From the NCBI GenBank assembly GCA_024704765.1, contig JAKMXF010000310.1, positions 496,001 to 560,000 of the forward strand: a DNA stretch of 64,000 nt, in the 5' to 3' direction. The position numbers and the translations under genes were made by a program. The first letter of the stretch is position 1, and the number at the start of each line of letters is the position of its first letter. Shown piece by piece: positions 10,750 to 22,622 of this stretch. The notes beneath the pieces were generated by a model. That model was not told the DNA's origin. It did no database searches and saw only the letters and a list, made by a program, of their open reading frames with translations. The stretch comes from Oopsacas minuta. Lineage: Eukaryota > Animalia > Porifera.

Positions 10750-13558
10750 ATGATGGCATTTAGAACAAGAAGTCAGAGAAAGACAAAGAAAATACCAGAA
10801 TCTGTTACAATAGATTTTGCTCCTGATGCAAACACATTCAATCTTCAGATTTTAGAGGTTAATTAATTATTAATAGTGCGTATTAATACAATTATAATAG
10901 GAATAAGAAATAGCATAATTAAATAATTACTTCCTTCATTTAATAAGTCCTCAATTCATTTAGACTTTATCTATCCTCATTCTCAGGTTACCGCGTATTA
11001 ATACTTCATTTATTAAATAATAAATAAACCAAATTGAATTTGAACATTGCGAATATTGTGAGTGAATGCTCTGCCCTGGGGTTAAATTTCCAATCTAAAC
11101 ATGTGTACCGCCGGGCGCTTATTCGGGGAATTATGGTATTCTAACTAAGATTATAGAATATATTAATATCACAGATTCTCTCTACTATTACTGGTTTGAA
11201 TAATATTATTTTTCTATAGAGTAATCTTAGTGTGTATACTGGTACACAAACAAAAGGGAAATGGAAGAAAACCCATGTTGTGTTACAATCAGGAAAAGGC
11301 GTATTCACTTCTCTGTTATTCTACAAGAAACCTTCAAAATTCATAGCTAAACTAGCTCCATTGGGGAAACACGACTTACACTTAGGTTTCGACGTATCAC
11401 TTGGCGATGTGATAAAAAGCAATAAGTACGTAATCGATATAGTCACACATGGAGAGAATGGGACTAACATACGGCTAGCAGCTGATTCAGAAGAGATAAG
11501 GAGTACCTGGATACACGAGTTGATAACCAAGAGGACTGTAGACCCCCTCTCTTCAGAATGTATGTTAATTCATATTTATCTCATACACAAGTGGTCTCGA
11601 CAATAGCAAAATTTGCTGGTAGCTGACCTAAGTCACCAAAATTATTTATTTGGTGGCTATTAACCATCATCTTTGTTTTCGATTTTAAGGTTAAAATCTT
11701 TATGTGAAAGATATATGTTTTGGTGGATTAAGTAAGCCAATAAGTTCAGCAGTTTAGTGATTATTAAAATATGCAACGATTTGTACTTAATTTATAAGCT
11801 CCGTCATTAGTTAAATTCATAAGTTCAGCTACTAATGTCATCTTAATTCTTCTCAACCTTAAACTGAAATTATTCGTAGAAAAACCGAATCTGACTGAAC
11901 ACAAAACAGTAAAAACTGTAGTAGTGTATTTATCAAATTTCACCATTTTTGGATATTAACTTTAAACTATACCTGCTTGATACATGCTTTGATCAGTATT
12001 AAAGCAAAACATAACTGATTAACATATTTGCACACATATGTTATGATAACTTTCATCTATAGGTTTAAAATGGTTCGTGGTTCGTATCAAAGACACAGTG
12101 GGAACGAATCGTTTGAAACTGAATGGGAAATGCACACTCTGTATATATCGAAACAGGATAGTATTGGCTACGCTTGATGGAGTTATGCTAGGAGAGTTTC
12201 CACTCAACGTGATTAAGTCTTATAAATGCTTGGATGAATTCCACCTCAGTTTAAGCCCCGGCTCCATGTATGGAGAGATTTCACTTTTCATAATTACTGA
12301 ACAGAAACGCGAACTGTTTGAGAAGATCCATCGTTTAAAAATGCAATCTATGGGAAGAGACGACGAACTTCCTCCCCCGGCCGTGACAAAATGCATCCCA
12401 AAACAATCTCCAGACGATAATGTAATCAGGGCCCCAACAAGGAGACCATCCAAAAGAGATGATAGAGGTAAACTCCAAGATTCAGCTAGTGAGACAGATA
12501 TACTAGGTGCTGTAATGGCCTGTGATAAACCTATGAAGCCTCACTTACCTAGAAATATGCAGTCTCTGGCAGTACGTTCTCACTCCAATGCATCAGCCTT
12601 CATGAAACCGAGGATGACACGAATGAACTCTCCAAGCATGTACGTACGTAATCCAGAACCCCTACACGATCAGGGACAGATGTCTCCGTTAAGAAACTTA
12701 AGGAGACCGTCAGAACCACATATGCTGCATAGTGATAGGAAAAAGTCAGCTCAATTCCTAAAGGAGGACAGCTTTATGATGTCTAGCGTCAAAACTCACT
12801 GTCAGTTCACTACACCTGACCTCTATGACCACGTGATATTCAAGCCTCAAGCTAAAATCCAAGCTATCGATGAGACTGATGTTACTACCTCTGCTAGTGT
12901 AACTCAGTATGATAGTATTCAGCCTCAACGTCGTAAGAAAATAAACATATACGAGTCTCTTAGTTTTAACGGTGACAATCATAATAACCATTTTGTAAAA
13001 CCACGAGACCCTAATGAAATCCCTGATATACCTATCACTACTGTTCCTCCTAAACGCATACAAGTTGTCAATGACAACATCACTATCCCCAACTCAGTTT
13101 CTGCACCAAATAATATGGCAAATTTATCAGATAACTCATTTTCCTCTCAAGCGCCACATGTCTTCATTTCTACTGACACATCCCCTGCTCCTCCTCTCCC
13201 TCCTCACGGTGAGAACTTCCCTCCACCACAGGAAAAAGGTACGCATTATAGTGATCTTTTTAAACCAAAAGGTGAAATTGACTTTATCAAACCTACCAGT
13301 AGTTTGAAAGGCTTGCACAGTTATAAGAGAGCTTCACTAAGCAACCAATATGAAACGATTAACTTTGGATTTTATACCCTGGGAACCAGGAGGAGAAAAG
13401 CAGTGAAACGGATGAAGTTAGGAAAAGCTAAAAGTGAAATGCCTCCAGATATGCTAGCTAACCCCGAGACAGATAACATTACATTAAAGATAGAGAAATC
13501 AGGTATACGACCATCTTCATTTAATCTCTCAAAAAACAAGCACTGGGAAGTGACTTAG
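10750..13558 (+). CDS. PH-PTB adaptor protein, DOK/IRS-like, paralog B (exons 10750-10857, 11220-11559, 12063-13558; about 647 aa)
   Basis: Phase-0 then phase-1 introns join in frame. PH domain (KWKKTHVVLQSGKGVFTSLLFYK...LAADSEEIRSTWIHEL), IRS-type PTB (LKWFVVRI...GEFPLNVIKSY...SMYGEISLFIITEQ), tail with YDHV, YDSI, YESL, YETI motifs and PxxP stretches. Confidence 0.8.
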
Positions 13559-15301
13559 CCCTCACTAGACCAACAATATAATAGATATTCTATATTAGTA
13601 CGTGTGTATTAATGAGATATAATGTAATAGACATCTCTACCAGTGCTGTACAATGTCAGGTGTATATACTATATGATTGTAAATCTAAAAGATATCAAGT
13701 TGTACCAGTCTACTTACTTTTAAATTCCAAGTAGATATATATCAAATTAGGAGGGATAACTTTCAAATTCAACCCCTTTTAAGATTATGATCTGGAGTTA
13801 TGCCATTTTGAAACATAAGCATATACGCATGCAAATATTTAAACATGTAGTTACGACCTATGAGCTATGGTGATATTACTACACAATTTACACACGGGTC
13901 TGAATATGGACTCATTATTAAGTGTAGTTTTGGATAGATAAAACACTGGCTAGAGGTATGAATTCGTAAATATCTAATTGCATAGTACAATATATAAAGT
14001 ATGGTAGTAATGTCCTGTTGCTGTTAGCTGAGTACATTGCATTGGACGATGGAGTTGAAACAATTTATAACACCGGCGTGTGTAAATAGGTTAAACTTGG
14101 TGCTTTTTGAGGTATGTGCTATAGAATTCTTTGAATTTTGTAATCTCAATTTACTCGTAGTTCCAGGAATTTGGTAATATATTCTAGTACGAATTATTCA
14201 GATTACAATAATTATTAATAATGTTTACACACGTGTAATTCATTGTGGCAATTCCCATCGTTTAAAAGTGCTACTTCCAAATATCTGGCCAGATGCTGAC
14301 CTGTGAATATATCAGCATATCTTATCTTTGTAGAGTCACTATGCAGGCCTGTGGTATTTATAAAAAATGTGGATATTTGTAGTGACATTTCGATATTTCT
14401 CTACGATTTAACAATAGTAATATACAAGTAGGTATGAAATGATTTGTGGAAATAACTCATTTGCATTGCTTATGTGATAGCATAGGATACAGATGCGCAT
14501 TAAATACGCAATAACCTAAAGTGATGGGTCCAGGTTTCTAGAAAGTGGGTACAAGATCTGCCATGTAATTATGTATATTTTAATTTTGAATTCCGTATAC
14601 GTAATTATAACTACAATTACCCGTATATACAGTGGAAATCCTTGTACATTTCTTTTTAAACGAGGAATGAAAACAAAATAACCCAATTTCAACTGTATCA
14701 GAAATGTACAACGTTTAGATTCAGTAAATATAGTACGTAGTATTAACCCAAAGACGTTACTAACCAAGTTCTACCGTAATTAGAATGACTATCACTGACA
14801 TCATACTACTACTTAATAATTATGGATATTATAATTTATACATCTAACTCAATAGTATAATAAACACCTGTGAGAGGATTTTAGGAAATCTAAACATTTT
14901 AAGAATTGAATATCTTGTGGATTATTTGAATAGTGGAAGTTATGTAGTTATAGCATTCTAGAGTCCGTGTCAATATACAATTGTAATATATCGTTATCCC
15001 AGACTAGATTTATGGAAAATATATAATTCTTGCTTCTCCTTCAAGAGGGTACACTCTAAACAAAATAACAGGGCTACCGGCGACTAATATATTCTTAAAA
15101 TATTGTCTGTAAGGTATCTGGTGCTTAGCCAGCCTTATTGTTTGCTCAGGAACCATGATTAGGCAAAAATTAAATTAAGGGCTTATCAATTTTTTTTCTT
15201 AGACCGTCATCACCAATATTCAAATATTATGTTTGCAAATTTGTAAATTTTATGTGATTTAGATATAACACAGATGAAATTCATATTATGTTGGGACCAT
15301 G

Positions 15302-15455
15302 CAGTGGAACCTCGTTAACACGAACACCAACGGACGATCACATTTTGTTCGTCGCCTTAACCGGAGTAATACCAATAAGATATTTCTGTAGGGACCTAAT
15401 TATGCGTAAATATCTGTTAGTCTTTTCGGGCTTTATTATTAACGAGGTTTCACTG
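15302..15455. mobile_element. Tigger/pogo-like MITE
   Basis: TIRs CAGTGGAACCTCGTTAA / TTAACGAGGTTTCACTG. Related to 48109-48287. Flanks are TG rather than TA, suggesting an old copy. Confidence 0.65.
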
Positions 15456-16042
15456 TGTTTGACAATTTCAAAGCTTCGATAGAAGCAGGTATTTTGTTAT
15501 ATCCGTGTTTGATGTAACGGGGGTTGACTATATATGGTATACGTAGATCTAGGATATTGGACAGCTAACACAGCAGTTGTACTAAAGTTGAATTAGCCCT
15601 TGTCAGGTATGCTTTGAAAATTATAGATGAAATAAGTGTGCCTCAGTTCAAAAAGGTTGAGAAACATTTTATATAGTATATATATATATATTATGCACCG
15701 GAGAGAAGTATAAGTAAAGGCCATCCTGTCCCCCTCAATATATCTGAGGGTTTGTCTGTTTGATGATATTTTGAATTATATAATCAAGAATACAAGTTGA
15801 AAAATAGCTAAATATTCCAGTTTTTTAGGAGAAATATAAAAACAAGATTTTAAGCAAATTACTCTAGGCTTGAAATTATATTTAAGCTTAAAGTATAATA
15901 ATTAATATAGTCATGACTATAACTATTACTGTACTACCTGTACTAGCTACTTGTAATACGAATTACTAGACTAATATTGAAAATAGTTGCTTCATTAATT
16001 ACAGATGATTTACTTCCAAATACGTATACCATGTGAGATAAT

Positions 16043-17500
16043 TTATATTTCCAGCTGGTAGTAATCCAGTAGAGCTAGTGCAATACTCATTCCGAGTTTA
16101 CAATACACGCCTTCGGTATAAGCCTGTTGCTCTTGTGATTTAGTAGTGTAACTGAAAAGAGATACTTCCATAGTATAACATAGTGTATTTTTATTAAGAC
16201 TCCTTGCTAAACACCGCCTTCCAGTACCCGCCTTTACTACGTCCTTATCGAATATTGTTTTGGACCATGAAAAGTCGTTGGCACGATTTGCTAATAGTTT
16301 TGGGAACTTGAGTTGTCGTTTGAACCTTGTTTCATCCTTAAATACATTGCCATACATAAATCCGTTAGTTAAAGTGGAGTGTGCATGAATGTCAATATAG
16401 AAATCCAGACGTATCTCCGGGTCCTTATCAAATACTTGTAGCAAACTCTTCGTATGATAAATGGTGGGGTGTAGGAAAGGAGATGGCTCCTCCCATTGTC
16501 TGTTTAAATCCTCCCCCAGTAGTGAACACCTGTAGTTGCCTAGGACTACTCCATCAGGATTAAGCATTGGTACTATCTTAAACACCAGTCTATCTCTAAG
16601 AGAGCTAGCAGCTGGATGCTGACTGACAAGGAAATCAATTAATCCCTGACATACGAATGAGGCAGGGCTCTCACCAGGATGTACCCTACTTGTGATAAAT
16701 ACTATGCTCTGACCAGTTGCAGTAAGATTACTAGGGGATGATATGGTAAGGATATGTGTAGATCTCTGCTGTATAGAAGTACACAGCACTTCTAGAGTCA
16801 GGATGGTAGGATATAGAGCACATAGTTGTTTGAGATAAGCAGTCAGTCTAGAGTGAGTGTAAGGGAAACTGTATGCAAACTGGTAGCGATCTAGTGTGCG
16901 AGGAAATTGGAACACAAATGACATGACGTATCTATTCATATGTGGAGGAGATTTGTAGTAGAATACTAAATGTGAGGGGAGCCGCTCCCAATTGGGGTTA
17001 CTAGTAGAGCACACGACAGGTCCCATACCCTCTCTATGTAGACTCCGCTCTCTGGAGTAGTTTATGATATTAAAAATAACCTTCTGTCCTTCCCTTACAT
17101 TTGATACAGTGAAATTGAACCAGACACGGTAAGAAGGATTGCAGGTGTCAGCACGTAGAGACAGATCATATTCACAATCAGTTACAAATTGTACACGACC
17201 CAAATTCCCAGACTCAAAGTTAGCATTGAAAATAAGTTGACCAGGTTGTAGCTTCTGTCCGTATTCAGGATATCTACAGGCGTAGCGTGCTATATTTCCT
17301 ACTGTATAATCACCTTTAGATTCATGCGTTGTTTCGTTACACAGACTTTGAAACTGTTTTATAAGTGGCTCCTCACTACTTTCTGAATTGTATTCATCAA
17401 TAGTGTGAGAAGAGTCAGTATCACAATTGTACGAGTATCTCACTGGGGTATATCCACACGGTGTATTCTCCATTCTAGCGAAGTATGTTAAATTTGTCAA
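16043..17500 (-). CDS. AGBL4: Cytosolic carboxypeptidase (tubulin deglutamylase), CCP6/AGBL4-like; probable ATG at 17473
   Basis: FNANFESGNLG, WFNFTVSN, FAYSFPYT, SRVHPGE (Zn ligands), PMLNPDGVVLGNYRC, DLNRQW, IDIHAHS, KAGTGRR, CYTMEVS: complete M14D motif set, single exon. Confidence 0.88.
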   Translation of the reverse strand: MTNLTYFARMENTPCGYTPVRYSYNCDTDSSHTIDEYNSESSEEPLIKQFQSLCNETTHESKGDYTVGNIARYACRYPEYGQKLQPGQLIFNANFESGNLGRVQFVTDCEYDLSLRADTCNPSYRVWFNFTVSNVREGQKVIFNIINYSRERSLHREGMGPVVCSTSNPNWERLPSHLVFYYKSPPHMNRYVMSFVFQFPRTLDRYQFAYSFPYTHSRLTAYLKQLCALYPTILTLEVLCTSIQQRSTHILTISSPSNLTATGQSIVFITSRVHPGESPASFVCQGLIDFLVSQHPAASSLRDRLVFKIVPMLNPDGVVLGNYRCSLLGEDLNRQWEEPSPFLHPTIYHTKSLLQVFDKDPEIRLDFYIDIHAHSTLTNGFMYGNVFKDETRFKRQLKFPKLLANRANDFSWSKTIFDKDVVKAGTGRRCLARSLNKNTLCYTMEVSLFSYTTKSQEQQAYTEGVYCKLGMSIALALLDYYQLEI

Positions 17501-18195
17501 TTATTTATGTACCTGATATAACGAAGCGAAGTCCTCCAATTGTTTCATCTACGTAATTAAATAAAAATAAGTTCGTATAGAACGAAACAGTGCGACTAAC
17601 CTCTAACGAAGTGATTTATCGCTTACCAGTCAATATACTTAGTAGCTATAACGAAAGAAATACGTAGATGGAGTACTGCACGTATTATATAATTGTCATT
17701 AATTAATTTCCTTATTATTTGTTAATGTTATGGCGTTAAGGACCATATGCTTAATGCTTAACAATCAAGTAGATCGGTCTAACTCTAGATAACTAATTAT
17801 TATTCTGAAACACCCAAAATCTCATTCACAAGTAGACTATTCATTCTGCATAAGAGCTACCTGTACAATGCTGTGCACAAGATCTAATGGAAACAGATAA
17901 CCACATCATTGATTGCTAGTCCAGCTGGCCATTTCATTGTACTGGTACATACAAGCTATTTTCCCTAATGAGATAGTACTACTAGGATATACTGATTAAT
18001 AGTCAGTTCTCTAATTTCTATAACGGTTAATATTTTCAGTGTGACACCCTAACATGCAGGCCTGTGCGATAATTAGCGTATACATATTATCGATATAATA
18101 GCTAATGACTACACAGTGCGGTTATAGAGTAATGATTCAGTAAATAAGTATATTGACAAGAGACGGGTTTGCTGTTGAGGTAAACAAATTAACAA

Positions 18196-18684
18196 TTATG
18201 AAGCGAAAAAACCACCATCAGGTTTTCGTGAGTATCCTCGGTTGGTTGCGTAAATGTGTGGTCCTACAATGGCCAGACCTCTGACATGATCGATAGACTC
18301 TTTCTCTGGGTGAGAGAATCCCTTTCCATCATCATTTGTCTTCATAGCAGTATTGTTAAGACTGAGAGATAGTGTACGCTGTTGAGCAGTATCCTTATGC
18401 TTGAAAGCTTCAGCTGAATCCTTGTTGAAGTGGAGATGATGGTCGTAGTCAGCTCCTAAAGCTGCGTCTAGTTTATCGTGAGGCGTGTGACTAATTGCAC
18501 GGGACCACTCCCTGTTCTGACTGCTTACCGTCTTAGAGTTGTAGAGATGGTCGAATTGAGTTTCTTTTAGTTTAGGAGAATTGATTTGTGCAATATTTTG
18601 ATTTTGGGAATTCTTTAGCATAAAATCGTTGTCATTCTGCCTACGTGGAAATGGGAACGGGTCTCTCTTAGACATGCTGGCCAT
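18196..18684 (-). CDS. CFAP276: Cilia- and flagella-associated protein 276 (C1orf194)-like microtubule inner protein
   Basis: 162 aa. RDPFPFP near the N-terminus, LDAALGADYDHH, and terminal TNRGYSRKPDGGFF, as recalled for the C1orf194 family. Confidence 0.75.
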   Translation of the reverse strand: MASMSKRDPFPFPRRQNDNDFMLKNSQNQNIAQINSPKLKETQFDHLYNSKTVSSQNREWSRAISHTPHDKLDAALGADYDHHLHFNKDSAEAFKHKDTAQQRTLSLSLNNTAMKTNDDGKGFSHPEKESIDHVRGLAIVGPHIYATNRGYSRKPDGGFFAS

Positions 18685-19026
18685 GAATTTTAAAGTCTAT
18701 TATATTGAGAGATATAATTATGCAGATTTATATATTAACAAGTATTGTCTAATTGATGCATCTATTTGTCTAGCCGTATACAAGACAATAATTGGTGTAC
18801 AGACAAACTAGGCACAACGAATAACAAATGTGTGTCAGGCACCTAAGTAGCTATTGTAGCATGTCACCTAAGCATAGGCGTAGACAGGTCCAGGCATACC
18901 CTGGTCAACATTTCTCCGTTGACTAAATATGTTTTAAGATGTATTCATATAGGAAAATCCGTGTCATATGTACATATTTATGTATAATTATGTGGATACT
19001 AAAGGTATAAAGATGATAATTGATTA

Positions 19027-21292
19027 CACGGGTCAACAAACAATTTGTTGCCTAAGATGTTAGATTTGTTTCTAGGTATATTGACCCCGAGGAATCTGAA
19101 AATGGCATCGGCTTATCCGAATTGGCACTAGTTTTTGCGATACCTAATGTTAAATTTGGCGTGATAAGTATAAAAATAGTGAAGATATACTACAGACAAA
19201 TTTCTTCACATTAATAGTGGCATGTTGTTTCACTGGTGACATTCAACTTTTTATGCTTCCAAGTGTAAATTTTGAATTATTGAAATTTGTAGTTTTTGAA
19301 TGTAACTATTAACAGCAAAACCGAAAATTCGGGAAGTATAATTTTATCATTATAACTACTCCGTATAAATACATTGATCATTGCCAAAACACTTAATCGG
19401 TTAAAAGTAATAATATTAAAAAGAATACTAAACTTGTCTATTTGAAGAACATCTACAATCGTCTCTTATTTGATTTTCTGTTATAGGATATCAGAGGGCA
19501 ATCTCGCTAGAGGCTCCAACAGTAATCTGCCATCATGTGGCTATCCCACCTGCCTTGATATCTCTCTTCAATGACCTTGATGTCTTGATGAAACCTTTCC
19601 CCCTGTTCCTCACTTAAATCCCCAAGGTTTTCAGGGAAACGATCCAGGTGGCTAAATAGATAGTGAACCTTGATGCTCATGTTAACATCTAAATCTTTAA
19701 ATTTGTAAAGCATGTCATTGACCAAATCTATGTAGTTGTTAGCTTTAGATTACCCAAGAAGTTATTGATTATCAAAACAAATGCACACCTCGCAGAAGAT
19801 TCTAAATTAGTCATGGATTGGACGAAACCAGAGTTTCTTATGAGAATGCGGATCTGAGGACCATCAAAGATCCCTGCTTTCAGTTTTTCATTGCTCATTC
19901 CTGAGAATGATCTGCAAATGTACTTGAAACAGGGGCCGTCTTTATCTAGAGATTTTACGAACTGCTTCATTAAGCCCAACTTGATGTGGAGGGGAGGAAG
20001 AATGATTTTTTCTCTAGGAACCAATAGTTCATACAGAATGTTTGCTTCTTCAACTGTTAGATCAGTTCTCAAGGGCCACACTTTATTTATCCAATGATCT
20101 TTGCGGGCTCTGCTGTCCCATAAACATACAAAACAAGGGTACTTATTGTATCCACCTTGTTGGCCAAGTAGAAAGTTTACCATCTTGAGATCAACACATA
20201 TCAACTACTGGTGTTAATGATACTGTATTTCAATTTTTGCAATACCATTTAAATATTTTCATACTCCTCCTTAAGCATTGTTGAATGTCCAATTGGGATA
20301 GATACATATTTATTTCCATTATGCAATAAAACGTACTTCAAGCTTCTCTTGGAACTATAATGAATAGACGCCAATCTTCTGGCCTATACTGTTGTATTCC
20401 CATTTCCAGGAGAAGTCCTCCAATGTCATTGCAGAAGACGAGGCCTTCTTGTTGGTTAAAGTAATGAAGTAATCCTTCTTCTATATGACGATAATATGTT
20501 ATCTTAGTTCCAGGACTATGAATATTCTTCTCGTTAAGCCTGGATGCCAAAATTTCTGAACACTCTTTAGACAGGTTGAGGTCCCTGATTAGATCATTGA
20601 GTTCTTCCTGATTGAATTGACCAGATAATGAAGAGCTAACCTCGACTTCACTTTCACTGAAATGACATGTTGTGTCCAAATCTTCATCTATTCCATCACA
20701 ATCTATTGAAAGGTCTGGTACGGGATTAAATTTTGACAGAGGAACCTCCTCACAGTGAAGCACAGGACGCCTAGCAGAGTCCAAATCAGGGTAACTCCAC
20801 ATTCTTTTCTTATGTCGATTAAATCCTTTCATATCGACCATACAAAATAGCAATCATCATAATGATTCCTCTGTTCTCTCCATACCATACCATAGGCACG
20901 CCAAACTTAAAGCTCTTCCTCTTGCCATTAGTCCACAGCCTTAGATATTCATTACATGTTTACACACGATATGCGGAGTCCATGGCTTGTCTTGGTCTCC
21001 AAGCTTCACCTCAAAGTAAGCAAAGTATGCCTTTCGCGCGAAGTCAGAGATACCTCTTCTTGATGATGCCATATAGTTAGAATATGCTAGATACTTATAA
21101 TTATAAAAGTATTGATTAAATTGAATATACATTTGAAAAAGGTAACTAACAATATAAACATAAATATGGACTAAAATCAAGAGCCAATCCAGCAAATCCG
21201 ATTTAATTTTCGAACTCAGCACAGCAAATATAGTCTAAATTCAATCTAAAATCTTAGGCAACAGAAACAAAAATATTTTTTGTTGGCCTGTG
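19027..21292 (-). mobile_element. Chapaev3-like (CMC superfamily) DNA transposon, 2.27 kb, complete ends
   Basis: Ends CACGGGTCAACAAA ... TTTGTTGGCCTGTG. 3-bp TSD TTA at 19024-19026 and 21293-21295. Internal disrupted transposase. CAC/GTG termini with a TWA TSD fit Chapaev3 as recalled. Confidence 0.8.
19507..21072 (-). pseudogene. Disrupted Chapaev3-type transposase
   Basis: Fragments in several frames: MASSRR..AYFAYF..LGDQDKPWTPHIVC; YPDLDSARRPVLH; FNQEELNDLIRDLNLSKE; ICVDLK..GQQGGYNKYPCFVCLWDSR; LPPLHIKLGLMKQFVK; GIFDGPQIR; HLDRFPENLGDLSEEQGERFHQDI..ERYQGRW..MMADYCW. Multiple stops and frameshifts. Confidence 0.9.
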
Positions 21293-22109
21293 TTATTAAT
21301 ATACACTAAATAGAAATTTGTAATTATTTCCATTGACTTGTTTGGGCTCCGAATCAACCATTTTGGTTGTTACAATATGGAGTGCATATAATTATTACCA
21401 GACCTTCCAACTCTCCCGCTCTCAAGCCAAGCTCCACAAATCTCTCACTTTTTCAAATATTATTTCTTTTTAGAAGAAATTTTCACCTGATATTCAGATA
21501 CATTTGCAATTGTAATTGTTTAGTGTACTGGATACTCTGTATGTTCATAAGCACCAGAAGTTTCTAAATGATTGAAAGAATATCTTATTAGCGTATTTAT
21601 CCACTGTCTACTTCAATACTTGAAAATTGTAGCTACATTCTCTTAAGAGATTAAAAATTATGCTAGTGTCAACCCGTCATCATACGCTTGTGTCTGATTT
21701 GTACTCCCTCGCGAAATGTTTGTAGAAGGGAGTGTTATACCTTTTTGAAAAGCTTATGCCATACGTAAACTGAAAAATATGTTTACAATATTTTACTATT
21801 TTTGTGAATTATAATGTAAGGAGGGAGCTGGCTGAAGGGAATTGCACAATTCGTGGCGCCGGTAGACATTATGAGCCCGCATGCTGAATGTACAAAGGTA
21901 CTGATCCCAACAAAATCCATTTTCTCTGCAAGCGACACGGTGGCCACAGTCTTTGCTTATTGGGAAATAATAAAATATCTTAGAAAATATTGCAATTTTT
22001 GTTTGTGCCACAAAAACTGGCAATTTATCTACCATTCATAGCCCTCAAAATCTCTATTTTTCGGATTCACTCTAAATAATCAGTGATCAACTAGATCGGT
22101 TTGTAAGTA

Positions 22110-22357
22110 CACTGCCTGGCCAAAAGTATTGGAACACCCTGCCACAATTAATACCTGAAACAAAGGGTATGCTACCATAGCTGTATAAGCTAAAGATGAT
22201 TACAAAAAATGTTGAACATAAATATATCGTAAAACGAATGATAACAAGCTATTGTTCTACTTTCTGCAATATCCATAGAATCTTTCAACATATTCTCATC
22301 TAATGCCACTTGTGCACAAGTTGTAAACAGTGTTCCAATACTTTTGGCCAGGCAGTG
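22110..22357. mobile_element. Tc1-like MITE, 248 bp
   Basis: 27-bp perfect TIRs CACTGCCTGGCCAAAAGTATTGGAACA / TGTTCCAATACTTTTGGCCAGGCAGTG; TA TSD. Confidence 0.9.
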
Positions 22358-22387
22358 TACGTGGTAATAATTATTGCTAAGGGAGCA

Positions 22388-22503
22388 GACAGGTATTTTC
22401 GGGTATATTGATTATTGCCACTTTAATTACCCCTACTTCATGGGATCAGCTGATCTATAGAGGGTCATAAAAGTGCCCATATATGTACCCGAAAATACTT
22501 GTC
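22388..22503. repeat. Short inverted-repeat element, probable MITE relic
   Basis: GACAGGTATTTTCGGGTA ... TACCCGAAAATACTTGTC (18 bp, one mismatch); no clear TSD. Confidence 0.5.
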
Positions 22504-22622
22504 CGATTACAAAACTTTTCCCAGATAGAGCTTCAATGAATTGCCAAAATATGTTTCATTCTATTATTTGACAACAATTCAAATCAATTCAAATAAATAC
22601 CCTTTCTGACTCTCCAACAAAA

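Noticed and set aside
13600-15100. Possible decayed or multi-exon gene, including ORF 14516-14767
   Set aside because: Fragments in different frames, no homology recognised, no coherent exon chain.
18690-18900. RFX X-box upstream of ciliary genes (also checked upstream of DRC2, AGBL4 and CSPP1)
   Set aside because: Only half-site or poor matches such as GTCACCTAAGCA; not distinguishable from chance.
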